IMG/VR virus record: IMGVR_UViG_2526164602_000034
Strand: one strand, 5' to 3'
Length of the DNA: 39,455 bases
From: a virus
Lineage: Duplodnaviria > Heunggongvirae > Uroviricota > Caudoviricetes
Part shown: one piece after another, positions 18,359 through 27,993 of the stretch
Numbering within the stretch: the first letter of the stretch is position 1
Layout of the letters: each line of letters starts with the position of its first letter
The notes under the pieces: model-generated
What the model saw: the letters and a program-made list of their open reading frames with translations, nothing else
What the model was told of the DNA's origin: nothing
The model's database searches: none
Translations under genes and position numbers: made by a program

Positions 18359-18774
18359 ATGAAGCCCTTCTGGTTGCGCCCGAATACCGCTGCATCAGAC
18401 TGAACCTGTGGTAAATCCCCGGATTCAGGGGCCGCACCGTTCGTATCCACACCGACCGGCACATTGCCGTTCATGACATCTTTCAGCCAGGCCAGCGCTT
18501 CACGGTAACGGTCACGCGCCTGATCGGAGGCTCGCTGATCGCACAGGTAATAAAAGGCAATCGCGCAACAGTGCTGAACAAGAACGGCCGGAATAACCTC
18601 CAGCGGCAACGTGTAACGGGCGGACAGATAGCTGTCGATAAGGGCTGACGCATCTGTCAGCGCCCGGTTCAGCTTGCGCGTGTCCGGCTCATCCGAACGG
18701 GGCACAGCCAGTAACGGCCTGAGCAAATCCTCGCGGTAACGCGCCCGCATATCGGTTTCAGTGGCGTAATTCAT
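18355..18774 (-). CDS. Hypothetical head-tail connector-like protein (Mu gp36 position)
   Basis: 139-aa ORF, 4-nt overlap with the downstream gene; synteny only. Confidence 0.45.
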   Translation of the reverse strand: MNYATETDMRARYREDLLRPLLAVPRSDEPDTRKLNRALTDASALIDSYLSARYTLPLEVIPAVLVQHCCAIAFYYLCDQRASDQARDRYREALAWLKDVMNGNVPVGVDTNGAAPESGDLPQVQSDAAVFGRNQKGFI

Positions 18775-19151
18775 GCACGGGCCTGTTCCGCTTTGTTACC
18801 GGTCTTTTTCCGGGGAGCATCCTGTCCGGCTTCGGCTTCGGCTTCGGCTTCGGCTTCGGCTTCGGCTTCGGCTAAATCTGTACCGGCCACTGCATGAACC
18901 ACACCCGCCACGCTCCCCGCATCATCAGCAGACGTCTGTAGTATTCGCACAGTGAGGCATGGCTCCTCCTCCAGTCGGGCAAGCTGCTCCGGGGTGACCT
19001 CAACCTGCTGACGTCCACGCGTGAACAGGAACCCCGCACGACGAAACGCCGAACGACTGCAACGCACTTCTGCCAGCACCGTGACAGAATTGTCACCACT
19101 GACCTGAAGACCTGAATCATCTGTTGCTGCCACAGTGTGATGTTCATTCAT
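18771..19151 (-). CDS. Hypothetical protein with (Ala-Glu)n repeat, downstream of the major head gene
   Basis: 126-aa ORF containing AEAEAEAEAEAEAEA encoded by the hexanucleotide repeat; position as Mu gp35. Confidence 0.5.
   Translation of the reverse strand: MNEHHTVAATDDSGLQVSGDNSVTVLAEVRCSRSAFRRAGFLFTRGRQQVEVTPEQLARLEEEPCLTVRILQTSADDAGSVAGVVHAVAGTDLAEAEAEAEAEAEAEAGQDAPRKKTGNKAEQARA
18828..18872. repeat. Perfect hexanucleotide tandem repeat (GGCTTC), 7.5 units
   Basis: ggcttc repeated from 18828 to 18872 on the plus strand, in frame within the minus-strand ORF. Confidence 0.9.
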
Positions 19152-19194
19152 ATTTGCCCTCCGCAGGGGCCGGGCCGTAAGCCCGGCTCACCGT

Positions 19195-20142
19195 TTACAG
19201 ATAATCCGCGACAACCAGCTCCAGCTTACCCTTCATCTCGTTAGAGACGGTTGCGTTTCCGTCTGCGAACAGTTCACGCTCCAGCAGCTGCACCGCCTGT
19301 TTTTCCAGCGAGGTGGGGACAACAATATGGGTGGGTTTAATGCCGAGTTTGCGGCCACCGTCAGCGGTAAATTCGCGCATGGCTGACCAGCCGTGCCACA
19401 GTGCATCCAGCGTCAGCGGTGACTGCATCATGTAGGCCATCTGCCAGAAGCCGTAGCCCACATTGCGACGGGCGGATGCACCAAACACAAATTCGTTATC
19501 GGTGAATGCGCGACCTTCATCGACTTTGGTCTGGGCAACCAGTTCAGCCTTACGGCGATCCTGATAAATCAGCGGTTTTACCGCGCGGGAGCAGTCAAGC
19601 AGATACCAGGCCGGACCGCTGTAATCAGCCTGTGCGCCGACAGAGCCGGTTTTTGCCACAAACATATTGCTGACCATCTGCGCATCCCCGGAGCCATCCA
19701 CTTTGGGGTAAACCGGATGTTCGGTATCAAAGAAGTTCTGACCGTCATAGCAGGCCGCACTGATCCCGTCACGCAGGGCAGCAAAGACCAGCTCATCCGG
19801 TTGTACCGCCGCAGCGCGCCCCATCTCCTGGAACAACGGGGAATAAATACCGAGGTTGTCGTCTTCGAAGTCATCGCGGCTAATGGCGACAGTGCCTTCA
19901 AAAGTTTTGTTCACGATGGCATAGCCATAGGCTTTCATCTTCTCGATGACGCGGGAGCCGATCCACTCACGGAACTGCGGGAACTGCCCCAGCCAGCCGT
20001 AGGTGTTGGATTTCGATGTGGAGGGCACGGTCATCGCAATTTTTTTATACTGCGACGGGGCCATGGACATCCCGGCCTGAAAATCAGAACGGTAGCCCGT
20101 CATCAGGGCTGTGATCATCGCCGGTGTAATCGGGGTAGGCAT
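19195..20142 (-). CDS. Major head (capsid) subunit, Mu T-like
   Basis: 315-aa ORF directly downstream of the I protease/scaffold gene; size and order as Mu T. Confidence 0.75.
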   Translation of the reverse strand: MPTPITPAMITALMTGYRSDFQAGMSMAPSQYKKIAMTVPSTSKSNTYGWLGQFPQFREWIGSRVIEKMKAYGYAIVNKTFEGTVAISRDDFEDDNLGIYSPLFQEMGRAAAVQPDELVFAALRDGISAACYDGQNFFDTEHPVYPKVDGSGDAQMVSNMFVAKTGSVGAQADYSGPAWYLLDCSRAVKPLIYQDRRKAELVAQTKVDEGRAFTDNEFVFGASARRNVGYGFWQMAYMMQSPLTLDALWHGWSAMREFTADGGRKLGIKPTHIVVPTSLEKQAVQLLERELFADGNATVSNEMKGKLELVVADYL

Positions 20143-21266
20143 TATTGCATTTCCTCTTTCATTTTCAGGAACTCGGCTTCGGTTTTACCCAGCAGTTTGG
20201 CGGCCGCGATATCTTCAGCCGACAGCGCAGCGGTGGCAGTCTTTTTATCCGGCACGGTCACGGTGTCGGTCTGAAGAGAGGTCAGGGCCGCAACCGGCTG
20301 GCGGGCGTCAAGCTGTGCAGAAAGTGCCGCAACGCCAATCTGCCCGCCCAGTTGTTCCAGATAGCCGCGTTCGCTTTTGAAGATGCGCCCTTCGGATTCA
20401 GCCTTGTCCAGCACCTGCTCCAGCGTGGTGCTGCCGTGCTGCGCCGACAGCGCAACGTATTCGGTACGCAGGGCGTTATACGTTTCAACGGGCACGTATT
20501 TCGTCAGATCAATAATGCCGCCAGCCGGTGTGCCTTTTGCGGTTTCCAGCTCTGCCGACAGACTGGCGACCTGTGTTTTCAGGTTGTCGTGTGCATCCGC
20601 ACGGGTTTTGATCCCGGTGAGGGCAGACAGCGCCGCCGTGCCCAGCTCCGGCGTAAATTCGTCACCGTCAGCCACGGTCAGACCGAGCGCCGTCAGCAAC
20701 TGGCGTAATTGCTCATTCATGGAGGTATCCTTTAAAGGAGGGTTTAAGGCGTTATAAAGGTCATCCGCCGACAGTGCGGCGACAGGATTCATGCCGGTCA
20801 GACCGGGGTCACCGGTAATAGCCAGCATCCGAAGTTCGACAGGTTCGCCGGTGCTCTCGTCATAGCCAATCACCGGTGAAAACCAGGGGAATTCGTTATT
20901 ACGCAGATGTTCAAGGGCCGGAGGGTTCCACTTCGGGCGCACCTCGAAACCTCGCTCTTCACTGAAGCGAAAATTCTCCGGTGAGGCCATCACAAAACCG
21001 GCAGCCGGTGCCGGATGTCCCTCAATCAGGGTCTGGTGGTTGTAGTCAATTTTCACCGGCTGATTGAGCGCCACAACACGGGAGACCATGCGCTCAACGG
21101 CTGCATGGTTGATCAGCCAGCCTTCCGCCGGTTTTTCCGGGCGACCGTCACGGGCCTTTACCCGACCGGCTGGCATGATCTGACACCAGTCACCGTCCCC
21201 GTCTGCGGACAGGCTGATGGCATTCAGAATGGCATAAGCAAGTTTGGGCGTGTTTTTCGTCTTCAT
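20142..21266 (-). CDS. Head maturation protease / scaffold, Mu I-like
   Basis: 374-aa ORF with Ala/Leu-rich coiled C-terminal half (scaffold-like), upstream of the major head gene; ATG at 21266 confirmed. Confidence 0.7.
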   Translation of the reverse strand: MKTKNTPKLAYAILNAISLSADGDGDWCQIMPAGRVKARDGRPEKPAEGWLINHAAVERMVSRVVALNQPVKIDYNHQTLIEGHPAPAAGFVMASPENFRFSEERGFEVRPKWNPPALEHLRNNEFPWFSPVIGYDESTGEPVELRMLAITGDPGLTGMNPVAALSADDLYNALNPPLKDTSMNEQLRQLLTALGLTVADGDEFTPELGTAALSALTGIKTRADAHDNLKTQVASLSAELETAKGTPAGGIIDLTKYVPVETYNALRTEYVALSAQHGSTTLEQVLDKAESEGRIFKSERGYLEQLGGQIGVAALSAQLDARQPVAALTSLQTDTVTVPDKKTATAALSAEDIAAAKLLGKTEAEFLKMKEEMQ

Positions 21267-21442
21267 TCCGGCAGCATAGGCCGGGAATTTTCAGGGCGGG
21301 TTTTGCGGGATTTCAGGAAGTGCTTCCAGGGGAAAAATACAAAGGCGCTTCACGCAGATTTTAAAGCCCGTTAAATACAGGTTAGAAAATCACGACACGC
21401 GCCTGAAGGGGGTAAGGTAATGCATTTGCATACCTTAAACAA

Positions 21443-21916
21443 TTAAGGCGTTTCTGTGGCCTTTTTAAAGCGTTTTCTGATTTCGTCCATGATCTCCTGC
21501 TCTGCCACCTGATCAAAACCCATATACGGACGTGCACCAATGGCCGCCGGTCCAGGCGGCATACCTGGCAGGCCACCCCACTGATGAATGGCCGCATAAG
21601 GCTCATTTGATCCAATCAGCGCCCAGGTATCGCCATAATCCGTGGTCAGGCGTCGGGCCAGATCGCCGTTCAGCGTCAGGATTTTGCCGGGCATGTTTCC
21701 CTTACGGGTACGCCACTTGCGGTAAGGATCTGACCAGTCATGCCAGCGTTCGCCGTCCGGCTCTTTTTCCTGTTCAAACGCCATTTCTGACGATGACAGA
21801 AGGCTGGACGCCACACTGCGGGCCAGGTCTTTTCCACCACCCACAAACTGAAGCCGGGCAAAGACCCGCTGGAGACGCGCAACGTCCACCACCACGGCTG
21901 CATCGATGGATGACAT
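21443..21916 (-). CDS. Virion morphogenesis protein, Mu G-like
   Basis: 157-aa ORF between the F-like and I-like genes. Confidence 0.65.
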   Translation of the reverse strand: MSSIDAAVVVDVARLQRVFARLQFVGGGKDLARSVASSLLSSSEMAFEQEKEPDGERWHDWSDPYRKWRTRKGNMPGKILTLNGDLARRLTTDYGDTWALIGSNEPYAAIHQWGGLPGMPPGPAAIGARPYMGFDQVAEQEIMDEIRKRFKKATETP

Positions 21917-21954
21917 GTTGCCTCCTTAAAACTATCTGATTAAAATAAATACAG

Positions 21955-22034
21955 GCCGGTGTACTCTTAACTGGTAAAGCGGCATAAACCCTCAGGGGTC
22001 ATATGTTTATGCGGGTTCGACCCCCGTCACCGGC
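21955..22034. other. Structured intergenic element between the F-like and G-like genes (nested inverted repeats)
   Basis: Outer 7-bp inverted repeat GCCGGTG (21955-21961) / CACCGGC (22028-22034); inner 8-bp repeat GCATAAAC (21982-21989) / GTTTATGC (22005-22012); small stem CGGG-TTCGACC-CCCG at 22012-22026. Confidence 0.45.
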
Positions 22035-23360
22035 TTACAATTTACCTTCCAGTAGTTCCAGCTTTCCGCCCTCTATTGCTTTTTCAATATCAAATTTATT
22101 TACCCGGTAAGCATTAATTACCACATCCAGCTTATCCGGCTGGCGCTTCACACCATAAGGCGCATTGACGGCAATCTTTGCCGTTCCGTCACGGGTTTCA
22201 GTGATGTAAAGCAGGTTCTGATGGACATGATCCCACAGCACGGCATCGGGGGCAGCCAGCATGGCGGGAAGCTGCGCGAAATCCTCCGGCGTCAGGGCGA
22301 TACCGTCATTCTGATGTTTCACACTGTCCGCATGGAGCACATTTTTACCGCTCATCGCCAGCAGGCGGGCCGGTGGCGTTCCTGTCCGGCTTTCCACTGC
22401 CTGCGCAATACTTTCGGTCATAAAGCCCAGCGTGCGGATATCGTGACCACCGCGCCGGGTTTTCATGATATTTTTTGCCCAGATGCGGAACGCCAGCTGC
22501 CGCTCCGGGCTGTTGTTCATCTCCTGAACCACCATTTCCCGTAACGCCGGGCTTTTCACCTCGATCAGTTTACGGATCAGCGCCTGGTCTGTGCCGAACG
22601 CCGCCGAACCGGGGTTATATGACCAGCCCACATCCGGTGTCATGGTTCTGGTGCCATCTGAATATGTGGTCACCGGCATTTCTCTGACTTCTCCGGTCTG
22701 TTTATCCACGCCAGCCTCAACATTGCGGGTGGAGAGATGATCCTCACCGGATGAAACGGATAACCCCATTGCATCCAGACGGGCCTGAGACAATGGCCGC
22801 ACACGGCAGCGGCAGTTCCAGCCATTGGGTGGGTAGTGTGTTTTCCAGAACGGATCATCATAGCGGAATACCAGACCGTTAAGGGTGGAATGCGACGGGC
22901 GGGTACGGCTGTCCATGACCGCCACATACTGCCAGAACGGATGCGTGTCCGTGTTGTTCATCATCTGCGTGTAACGCCCGGCATTGTAAGCCACGCGGGT
23001 GTTCACGTTGTAAATCAGCGCCAGACGGCGGGGACTGCCCAGCTGTACTTCTTCTGCGTTACCGGCGCTGTCCACCACAATCTGCTTCCCCCACCATCCC
23101 AGCTTTTGCAGGCGGGGTGTCAGTGTGCGGATAAATGCTTTCTGTGAAATCCCCTCATCAATGGCCCGTTGCACTTCCGCCTGTAGTGTGGTCAGTACGT
23201 CCAGGCGTGCCGCTTTTGCCGCCGTGAACGATCGGGCATGAACATCTGCGTCTGTTTCGAACCAGTTCCAGCTGATATGCGCCCCTTTGGCGCGGAAGTA
23301 TGCCACCGCCTCTTTTGAGGGAAGGGTGGCGGCATAACCTAAATCAATCCCCTGTGCCAT
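22035..23360 (-). CDS. Head morphogenesis protein, Mu F-like (SPP1 gp7 family)
   Basis: Contains HYPPNGWNCRCRVRP, the characteristic motif of this family; follows the portal gene. Confidence 0.8.
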   Translation of the reverse strand: MAQGIDLGYAATLPSKEAVAYFRAKGAHISWNWFETDADVHARSFTAAKAARLDVLTTLQAEVQRAIDEGISQKAFIRTLTPRLQKLGWWGKQIVVDSAGNAEEVQLGSPRRLALIYNVNTRVAYNAGRYTQMMNNTDTHPFWQYVAVMDSRTRPSHSTLNGLVFRYDDPFWKTHYPPNGWNCRCRVRPLSQARLDAMGLSVSSGEDHLSTRNVEAGVDKQTGEVREMPVTTYSDGTRTMTPDVGWSYNPGSAAFGTDQALIRKLIEVKSPALREMVVQEMNNSPERQLAFRIWAKNIMKTRRGGHDIRTLGFMTESIAQAVESRTGTPPARLLAMSGKNVLHADSVKHQNDGIALTPEDFAQLPAMLAAPDAVLWDHVHQNLLYITETRDGTAKIAVNAPYGVKRQPDKLDVVINAYRVNKFDIEKAIEGGKLELLEGKL

Positions 23361-24942
23361 CCAGCATCCCCTTCATTTCCGCAGCAAACATGGCATCACT
23401 GAGCAGCGTCATCAGGCGGGAATCATCCATTTCACGGTAAAGGGCAGGCAGGTCTGCCAGCGCATCCGCCAGCCCCCGCGTTCTGATGGCATCAATGACC
23501 GGCTCCAGCAGCGGGTCGATAGCGTCCTGTAACCGGCGGGCAGGCACCGCATCCCCCATATCGTCCAGTTCATCACGGGGGCTGCTTTTCGCTTCCGGCA
23601 GTCGGGCTGACAGCGCCGTCTGCTCTGTCTTCTCCTGTTTTTCCGGTGGCATCTCTTTGTCTGTCTGAGCAGGTTCATTGCCACTCTGACGGACACGGAA
23701 GATGGCTTCACCGGGGGCAGGCTGTGGAATACCGGTCTGGTCCCGTACCCAGGGATCAGGAATATCCATCCCCGTACTGAGCTGCATCACCGCACTGGTG
23801 ATTTTGGTGATATCCCCCGGCTCTTTTGTCTGGAAACAGATACGCGGCAGGCGACGGATATCTATGGCGTGGGCGGTGTTCAGGGCATACAGCGGATACA
23901 CCAGATCGCGGTTCAGCGTGGCGGCCAGCTGACGTAAATCAGAATCCCTGATTTCCCGGCGCACCTCGTTATGCACCTCACCCAGTGAGCGCGCGCCTTT
24001 GTCTCCGGCTTCCGTGGTCAGCGTGCCGCCGAGGATAGCTTTGGAGATGGAACGCTCCCCCCACGAAATCATGGTTTCAAACGGATCGGCCTGACCGTTC
24101 GCGGCTACCTGAAACTCCAGCGACATCCCGGCCGGGATGATCCCGCCTGTACGTCGCCCGATATCCATCACCGCCCGCATCAGGGCGCTTTTCTGCTCCG
24201 ATGTTGCCCCGGACGGGTATTTACCGACCTTCATCGGCAGGCCGTACACCTCCAGAAATTCAGCCAGATCGCGCACGGAATAGTTTTTGAAAATGAACGG
24301 CCAGATAAGCGTTCTGACAAGCCCCGTCGCACCACCGTAACCGGTGCGTGAACGTGACTGATGCACTACCCAGCCAAAGGGCTGAAACGCCACCCCGGCA
24401 TGGCTGCCGTCACGCAGCCGCAGTTCGCTCAAATCATCCGGGTTAAGGCAGAAATGCCCGCTGTCACGCCAGCGGATGGCGCGGATGATGTGCATTTTAC
24501 CGAGCATCCCGTGCTCAATCTCCATGCAGGAATAGCCCTTCAGGATGGCATCCGTGGCGTCAAACAGCATGGCATCAAACCAGTCGGCGGAATGCAGATA
24601 TTCGTCGAGCATTTCCGCGTCCTTTTTCTCATTCGCGCTGGCGTTCGGTGGCGGCTCAATACTCCAGGGCACGCTCTGAATGGCAAGACGTCGCTTGCCC
24701 AGCTCTGCAAAAAGGTGGGTATCCTTTTCTTCAATGTCAGCCGCCAGATCGGACTGGGCAATCAGATCGCCACGTTCAGCCCCGCGAAGGCACTGCGCCG
24801 CCCGGTTCGGGGTGATACCCGAGGCCGGATGTTCAATATAACGGCTGGCAATCTGCGGAATATCCAGCACGGCACTCTGCATCTCCGGGTCAAAGGAGAA
24901 AGGTTTTCCGTCAAGATCAATTATGCGTCCCACTACCAGCAC
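23344..24942 (-). CDS. Portal protein (Mu H-like)
   Basis: 532-aa ORF between the terminase large subunit and F-like genes, overlapping both. Confidence 0.75.
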   Translation of the reverse strand: MLVVGRIIDLDGKPFSFDPEMQSAVLDIPQIASRYIEHPASGITPNRAAQCLRGAERGDLIAQSDLAADIEEKDTHLFAELGKRRLAIQSVPWSIEPPPNASANEKKDAEMLDEYLHSADWFDAMLFDATDAILKGYSCMEIEHGMLGKMHIIRAIRWRDSGHFCLNPDDLSELRLRDGSHAGVAFQPFGWVVHQSRSRTGYGGATGLVRTLIWPFIFKNYSVRDLAEFLEVYGLPMKVGKYPSGATSEQKSALMRAVMDIGRRTGGIIPAGMSLEFQVAANGQADPFETMISWGERSISKAILGGTLTTEAGDKGARSLGEVHNEVRREIRDSDLRQLAATLNRDLVYPLYALNTAHAIDIRRLPRICFQTKEPGDITKITSAVMQLSTGMDIPDPWVRDQTGIPQPAPGEAIFRVRQSGNEPAQTDKEMPPEKQEKTEQTALSARLPEAKSSPRDELDDMGDAVPARRLQDAIDPLLEPVIDAIRTRGLADALADLPALYREMDDSRLMTLLSDAMFAAEMKGMLDGTGD

Positions 24943-26597
24943 CCCCGATCAAATTCATGATATGCCTCATCGTCATCACGATAACCGCCCTCCATTGCCC
25001 GCGACCGCTCCGGCAGCGCCTGACAGGCTGATTCATCCAGGATGAAGCCCTCCATGTATGACGCCCGGTTTGCCATACAGAGCGCCACGGCAAAATCACC
25101 ATGGCGGCGGGCGTTCACAGCCGTTGCGTTCTGGTCCTTCGTACGCCCCTTGTCGATTTGCGGGATACCGTTCACCACCTTCACATGGCGCAAATCATCA
25201 AGCGTGGTCTGATGGCGGGCGACGAGGATATTCTGATCCTCAAACTCGGCCTTCAGTTTTGGCATCCACTCACCGTACCACTTCGGCGATAACATCACGC
25301 AGTCGATGATGTCCGGGCCAAAGGCCAGCAGCGCGGCTTCGGCCAGATAGCCGCCGTTACCGGTGGCGTCGAACGCCGCACCGACCAGCGCCGGAACGCG
25401 GGTCAGGATGTACATCATCACCTGCTCCTGCTGGGCATACGGCAGGTTGCGCAGCTCCACGCGAAACACCTCGCGTTTTGCCAGGGATTCAGTGATTTCC
25501 AGCAGCACAAAGCAGGACAGGTCACCGGTGCGGGCAAAGTCTTCCCCGAAGCTGAAGCGGGAACGGGGATTTAACGCCTCTAAAAGCGGTTTTAAATGTT
25601 CTTCACACCAGGTTAAAACTTCCGATTCACGCAGCCATGCGGCACGGCTGATGAAGTCGTCCGGGGCTTCAAACGTCAGAATCGGGATGTCGCGGAGCAT
25701 CGCCATTTCAATAAGCGCGTGAGGAATATAGGCACCGCCGGATTTTTTCGGGATACAGCCGTATTCCTCGTCGGCATCCTCACGGGTCGGGGCGTTTTTG
25801 TAGAGATCATCACGCCACTTCTGCTCGCTTTCCGGTGACCATTCGCGGCCGGTGACATAACAGATACGACGGTACAGCCCGTCCGCAATGGCATCATCCA
25901 GGGTAATGCGGTGGACGCTGTAATCCTTGCGCCCTTCGCGGGCTTCCTGAATGTACTGATTAAACAGATTATCGACGCCGTTATGCGTGGAGATAATACG
26001 CACGCGCGCGCCCCACATGGTAAGCGCCATTGCCGCCTTGAGAAGCTCATCCAGTGACTCGTGGAACGCGGCTTCATCAATCACCACATCCCCCTGAAGG
26101 CCGCGCAGGTTTGACGGACGGGAAGACAGTGCCTGAATTTTGAATCCACTGTTCGGAAAGCGGATCATGTAGGTCAGAATTTCTTCTTTTTTATCCCGAT
26201 CCCAGAAGGTCTGCTCATACACATCAGCATCTGCCAGCTGGTTAAAGGCACGGGAGAACAGTGCACAGGCAGAAATATATTCCAGCGCCATCTCCTGCTT
26301 TGACCCCACATAAAACACATTGCGGCCACCACGCCGCTTCGGTTTTGCAGCGGTAATGACGTTACGCCCGGCTTCCGCCCAGGTAAGCCCGGTGCGGCGG
26401 GATTTTTCCGCGATGCAGACCTCGCTTTCATCCTCAAACCAGCGGGCCTGATAATCCAGAAACACCGGCATATCACCGGGCAAATCAAGGCTGTCCGGCA
26501 CATCCACGCCCAGCAGGGCTTTTTCACCGGCCAGATCAATTTTGCGGGTGGAGACGGTATTCGTCAGTAAGGGTGAGAGTTCTTCGGCGTTATTCAT
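24933..26597 (-). CDS. Terminase large subunit (Mu E-like)
   Basis: 554-aa ORF at the start of the head block, preceded by the small-subunit-like gene. Confidence 0.7.
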   Translation of the reverse strand: MNNAEELSPLLTNTVSTRKIDLAGEKALLGVDVPDSLDLPGDMPVFLDYQARWFEDESEVCIAEKSRRTGLTWAEAGRNVITAAKPKRRGGRNVFYVGSKQEMALEYISACALFSRAFNQLADADVYEQTFWDRDKKEEILTYMIRFPNSGFKIQALSSRPSNLRGLQGDVVIDEAAFHESLDELLKAAMALTMWGARVRIISTHNGVDNLFNQYIQEAREGRKDYSVHRITLDDAIADGLYRRICYVTGREWSPESEQKWRDDLYKNAPTREDADEEYGCIPKKSGGAYIPHALIEMAMLRDIPILTFEAPDDFISRAAWLRESEVLTWCEEHLKPLLEALNPRSRFSFGEDFARTGDLSCFVLLEITESLAKREVFRVELRNLPYAQQEQVMMYILTRVPALVGAAFDATGNGGYLAEAALLAFGPDIIDCVMLSPKWYGEWMPKLKAEFEDQNILVARHQTTLDDLRHVKVVNGIPQIDKGRTKDQNATAVNARRHGDFAVALCMANRASYMEGFILDESACQALPERSRAMEGGYRDDDEAYHEFDRGCW

Positions 26598-27178
26598 CAG
26601 GCTTTACCCAACAGAATCCCCTTAATACGGGACTCAAGCTGTTCACTCATCCCGTCCACGCCGCGCAGCTCGTCGGTGACCGCGTTTGCCATCTCTTCAG
26701 CAAATGCGGCCCGGATTTCTTTTTCACGCTTAATGCTGCGCTCGGCGGCACTTTCCGCACGCTGTGCTGACAGGAGGATGTCTTTGATGAGGCGCATATC
26801 CACGTCGCTGTCGCTGTTCAGAGATTCGGTCGCGGCACGCAGGCGGCGGTACATCAGGGCGCGGGACATTTCCAGAATCAGCGCTGTGGTTTCACCGGTC
26901 GGCTTGTCCCCCAGTTCGGCCATCATGGCTTTTGTCTGCTCGCGTAAATCACGCAGGTTACGGGCAATCAGCTCATTACGGGAGGCTTCCCGGCTGATGG
27001 CCGCCGGTGAAAGCTGCTGCTCTTCCGGCAGGCCCGCCTCACGGATCAGACGGTTGATTTCCTCACGGATCTGGACCTGCGTCAGACGTTTTTCACGCAG
27101 CATTTCCAGCAGCGGCTTACGGATGCTGTCGGGGAGCAAATCCACCTTGCGTACACGACCACGCGTCGGCTTGTCCAT
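26597..27178 (-). CDS. Terminase small subunit-like protein (Mu gp27 position)
   Basis: 193-aa highly charged helical protein immediately upstream of the large terminase, start overlapping the upstream gene. Confidence 0.55.
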   Translation of the reverse strand: MDKPTRGRVRKVDLLPDSIRKPLLEMLREKRLTQVQIREEINRLIREAGLPEEQQLSPAAISREASRNELIARNLRDLREQTKAMMAELGDKPTGETTALILEMSRALMYRRLRAATESLNSDSDVDMRLIKDILLSAQRAESAAERSIKREKEIRAAFAEEMANAVTDELRGVDGMSEQLESRIKGILLGKA

Positions 27179-27180
27179 CG

Positions 27181-27471
27181 TTACCCCCTTGCGCGTGGTT
27201 TCTTCACACCCGGAACGCAGACCCGGCCTTCCGCCACATCCTGCCCACGACCGGTCAGTTCCGCGATGAAATAACCGTTAATCAGAACGCGTTTGCGCAC
27301 CAGTCCCTGCTCGGCAAGCCAGGCAATGTGGGTGTGAACGGTGTCGCGGGACACGCGGTGGCCGTAATCATCCAGACAGTCCTGGAGCACGGATTCACCC
27401 AGTTCACCGTTGTAATCTGCCAGCGACCGCAGAATGACCAGACGCTGATCTTCAGTAATGAAATCACTCAT
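27181..27471 (-). CDS. Hypothetical protein, possible DNA-binding (Mu gp26 position)
   Basis: 96-aa ORF; helix-rich N-terminal region, basic C-terminus. Confidence 0.45.
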   Translation of the reverse strand: MSDFITEDQRLVILRSLADYNGELGESVLQDCLDDYGHRVSRDTVHTHIAWLAEQGLVRKRVLINGYFIAELTGRGQDVAEGRVCVPGVKKPRARG

Positions 27472-27776
27472 TGCGTTTTTTTCCTTACAGCCTGCTCCAG
27501 CAGCAGTTCGTTCTGATAGGAGACAGAGCGGAGCGTGGCGTTCGTGGTTTTCAGTTCACCCCGCAGGGTCACGATTTCCACATTCAGACGGTTGACCTCG
27601 GCTTCTGTCGGCAGTGACGACAGGCGGGTTTCCACCTTCTCAACGCGGTCGGAGAGTTTTTCAAAGGCCTCGCGGGGGACAAACGTTTTGCGCATCAGCG
27701 CCATGAATATCCCGCCAGCGGTTGCCGTCGCCGAAAGGATCGGCACAACATAATCTTTAACGATGCTGACCCACAT
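27468..27776 (-). CDS. Hypothetical membrane-anchored protein (Mu gp25 position), possible lysis accessory
   Basis: N-terminal hydrophobic segment VVPILSATATAGGIFMALM followed by a coiled-coil-like region. Confidence 0.45.
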   Translation of the reverse strand: MWVSIVKDYVVPILSATATAGGIFMALMRKTFVPREAFEKLSDRVEKVETRLSSLPTEAEVNRLNVEIVTLRGELKTTNATLRSVSYQNELLLEQAVRKKTQ

Positions 27777-27984
27777 GACGGGCCTCCATGATGTTCTGGC
27801 AGTTCACACAACGGATGGCATCCGGCACAGCAACAAGACGTGCGGCGGGGATCTCTCCGCCACAGTCCGCGCAGACACGTCTGCCCGGCGTATCCACTGC
27901 CTGGCGCTTACGTGTCAGCCGGTTACAAAGGGCGCGTTCTGATCCCCGCTCCATCACAGCCTGAGCACGATCTGAATCATCCAT
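27757..27984 (-). CDS. TraR/DksA-family C4 zinc-finger protein
   Basis: CADCGGEIPAARLVAVPDAIRCVNC: two CxxC pairs with the spacing typical of phage TraR-like proteins. Confidence 0.7.
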   Translation of the reverse strand: MDDSDRAQAVMERGSERALCNRLTRKRQAVDTPGRRVCADCGGEIPAARLVAVPDAIRCVNCQNIMEARHVGQHR

Positions 27985-27993
27985 ACCTTTTCC

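Noticed and set aside
18828-18872. Short tandem repeat as a possible CRISPR array
   Set aside because: Units are 6 nt, contiguous, without spacers, and lie in frame inside a coding sequence; this is a microsatellite.
21267-21442. G-I intergenic gap, the known anti-CRISPR insertion hotspot of Pseudomonas Mu-like phages
   Set aside because: Only 176 bp with no plausible ORF; it contains short hairpins (TAAGGTA...TACCTTA, GGAAGTGCTTCC) but no gene, so no acr-aca type locus is present here.
21955-22034. Possible tRNA gene (7-bp acceptor-like stem plus T-arm-like GTTCGACC stem-loop)
   Set aside because: No D-arm can be formed, the central stem is 8 bp with a 15-nt loop rather than a 5-bp anticodon stem with 7-nt loop, and there is no CCA or proper discriminator context; kept only as a structured element.
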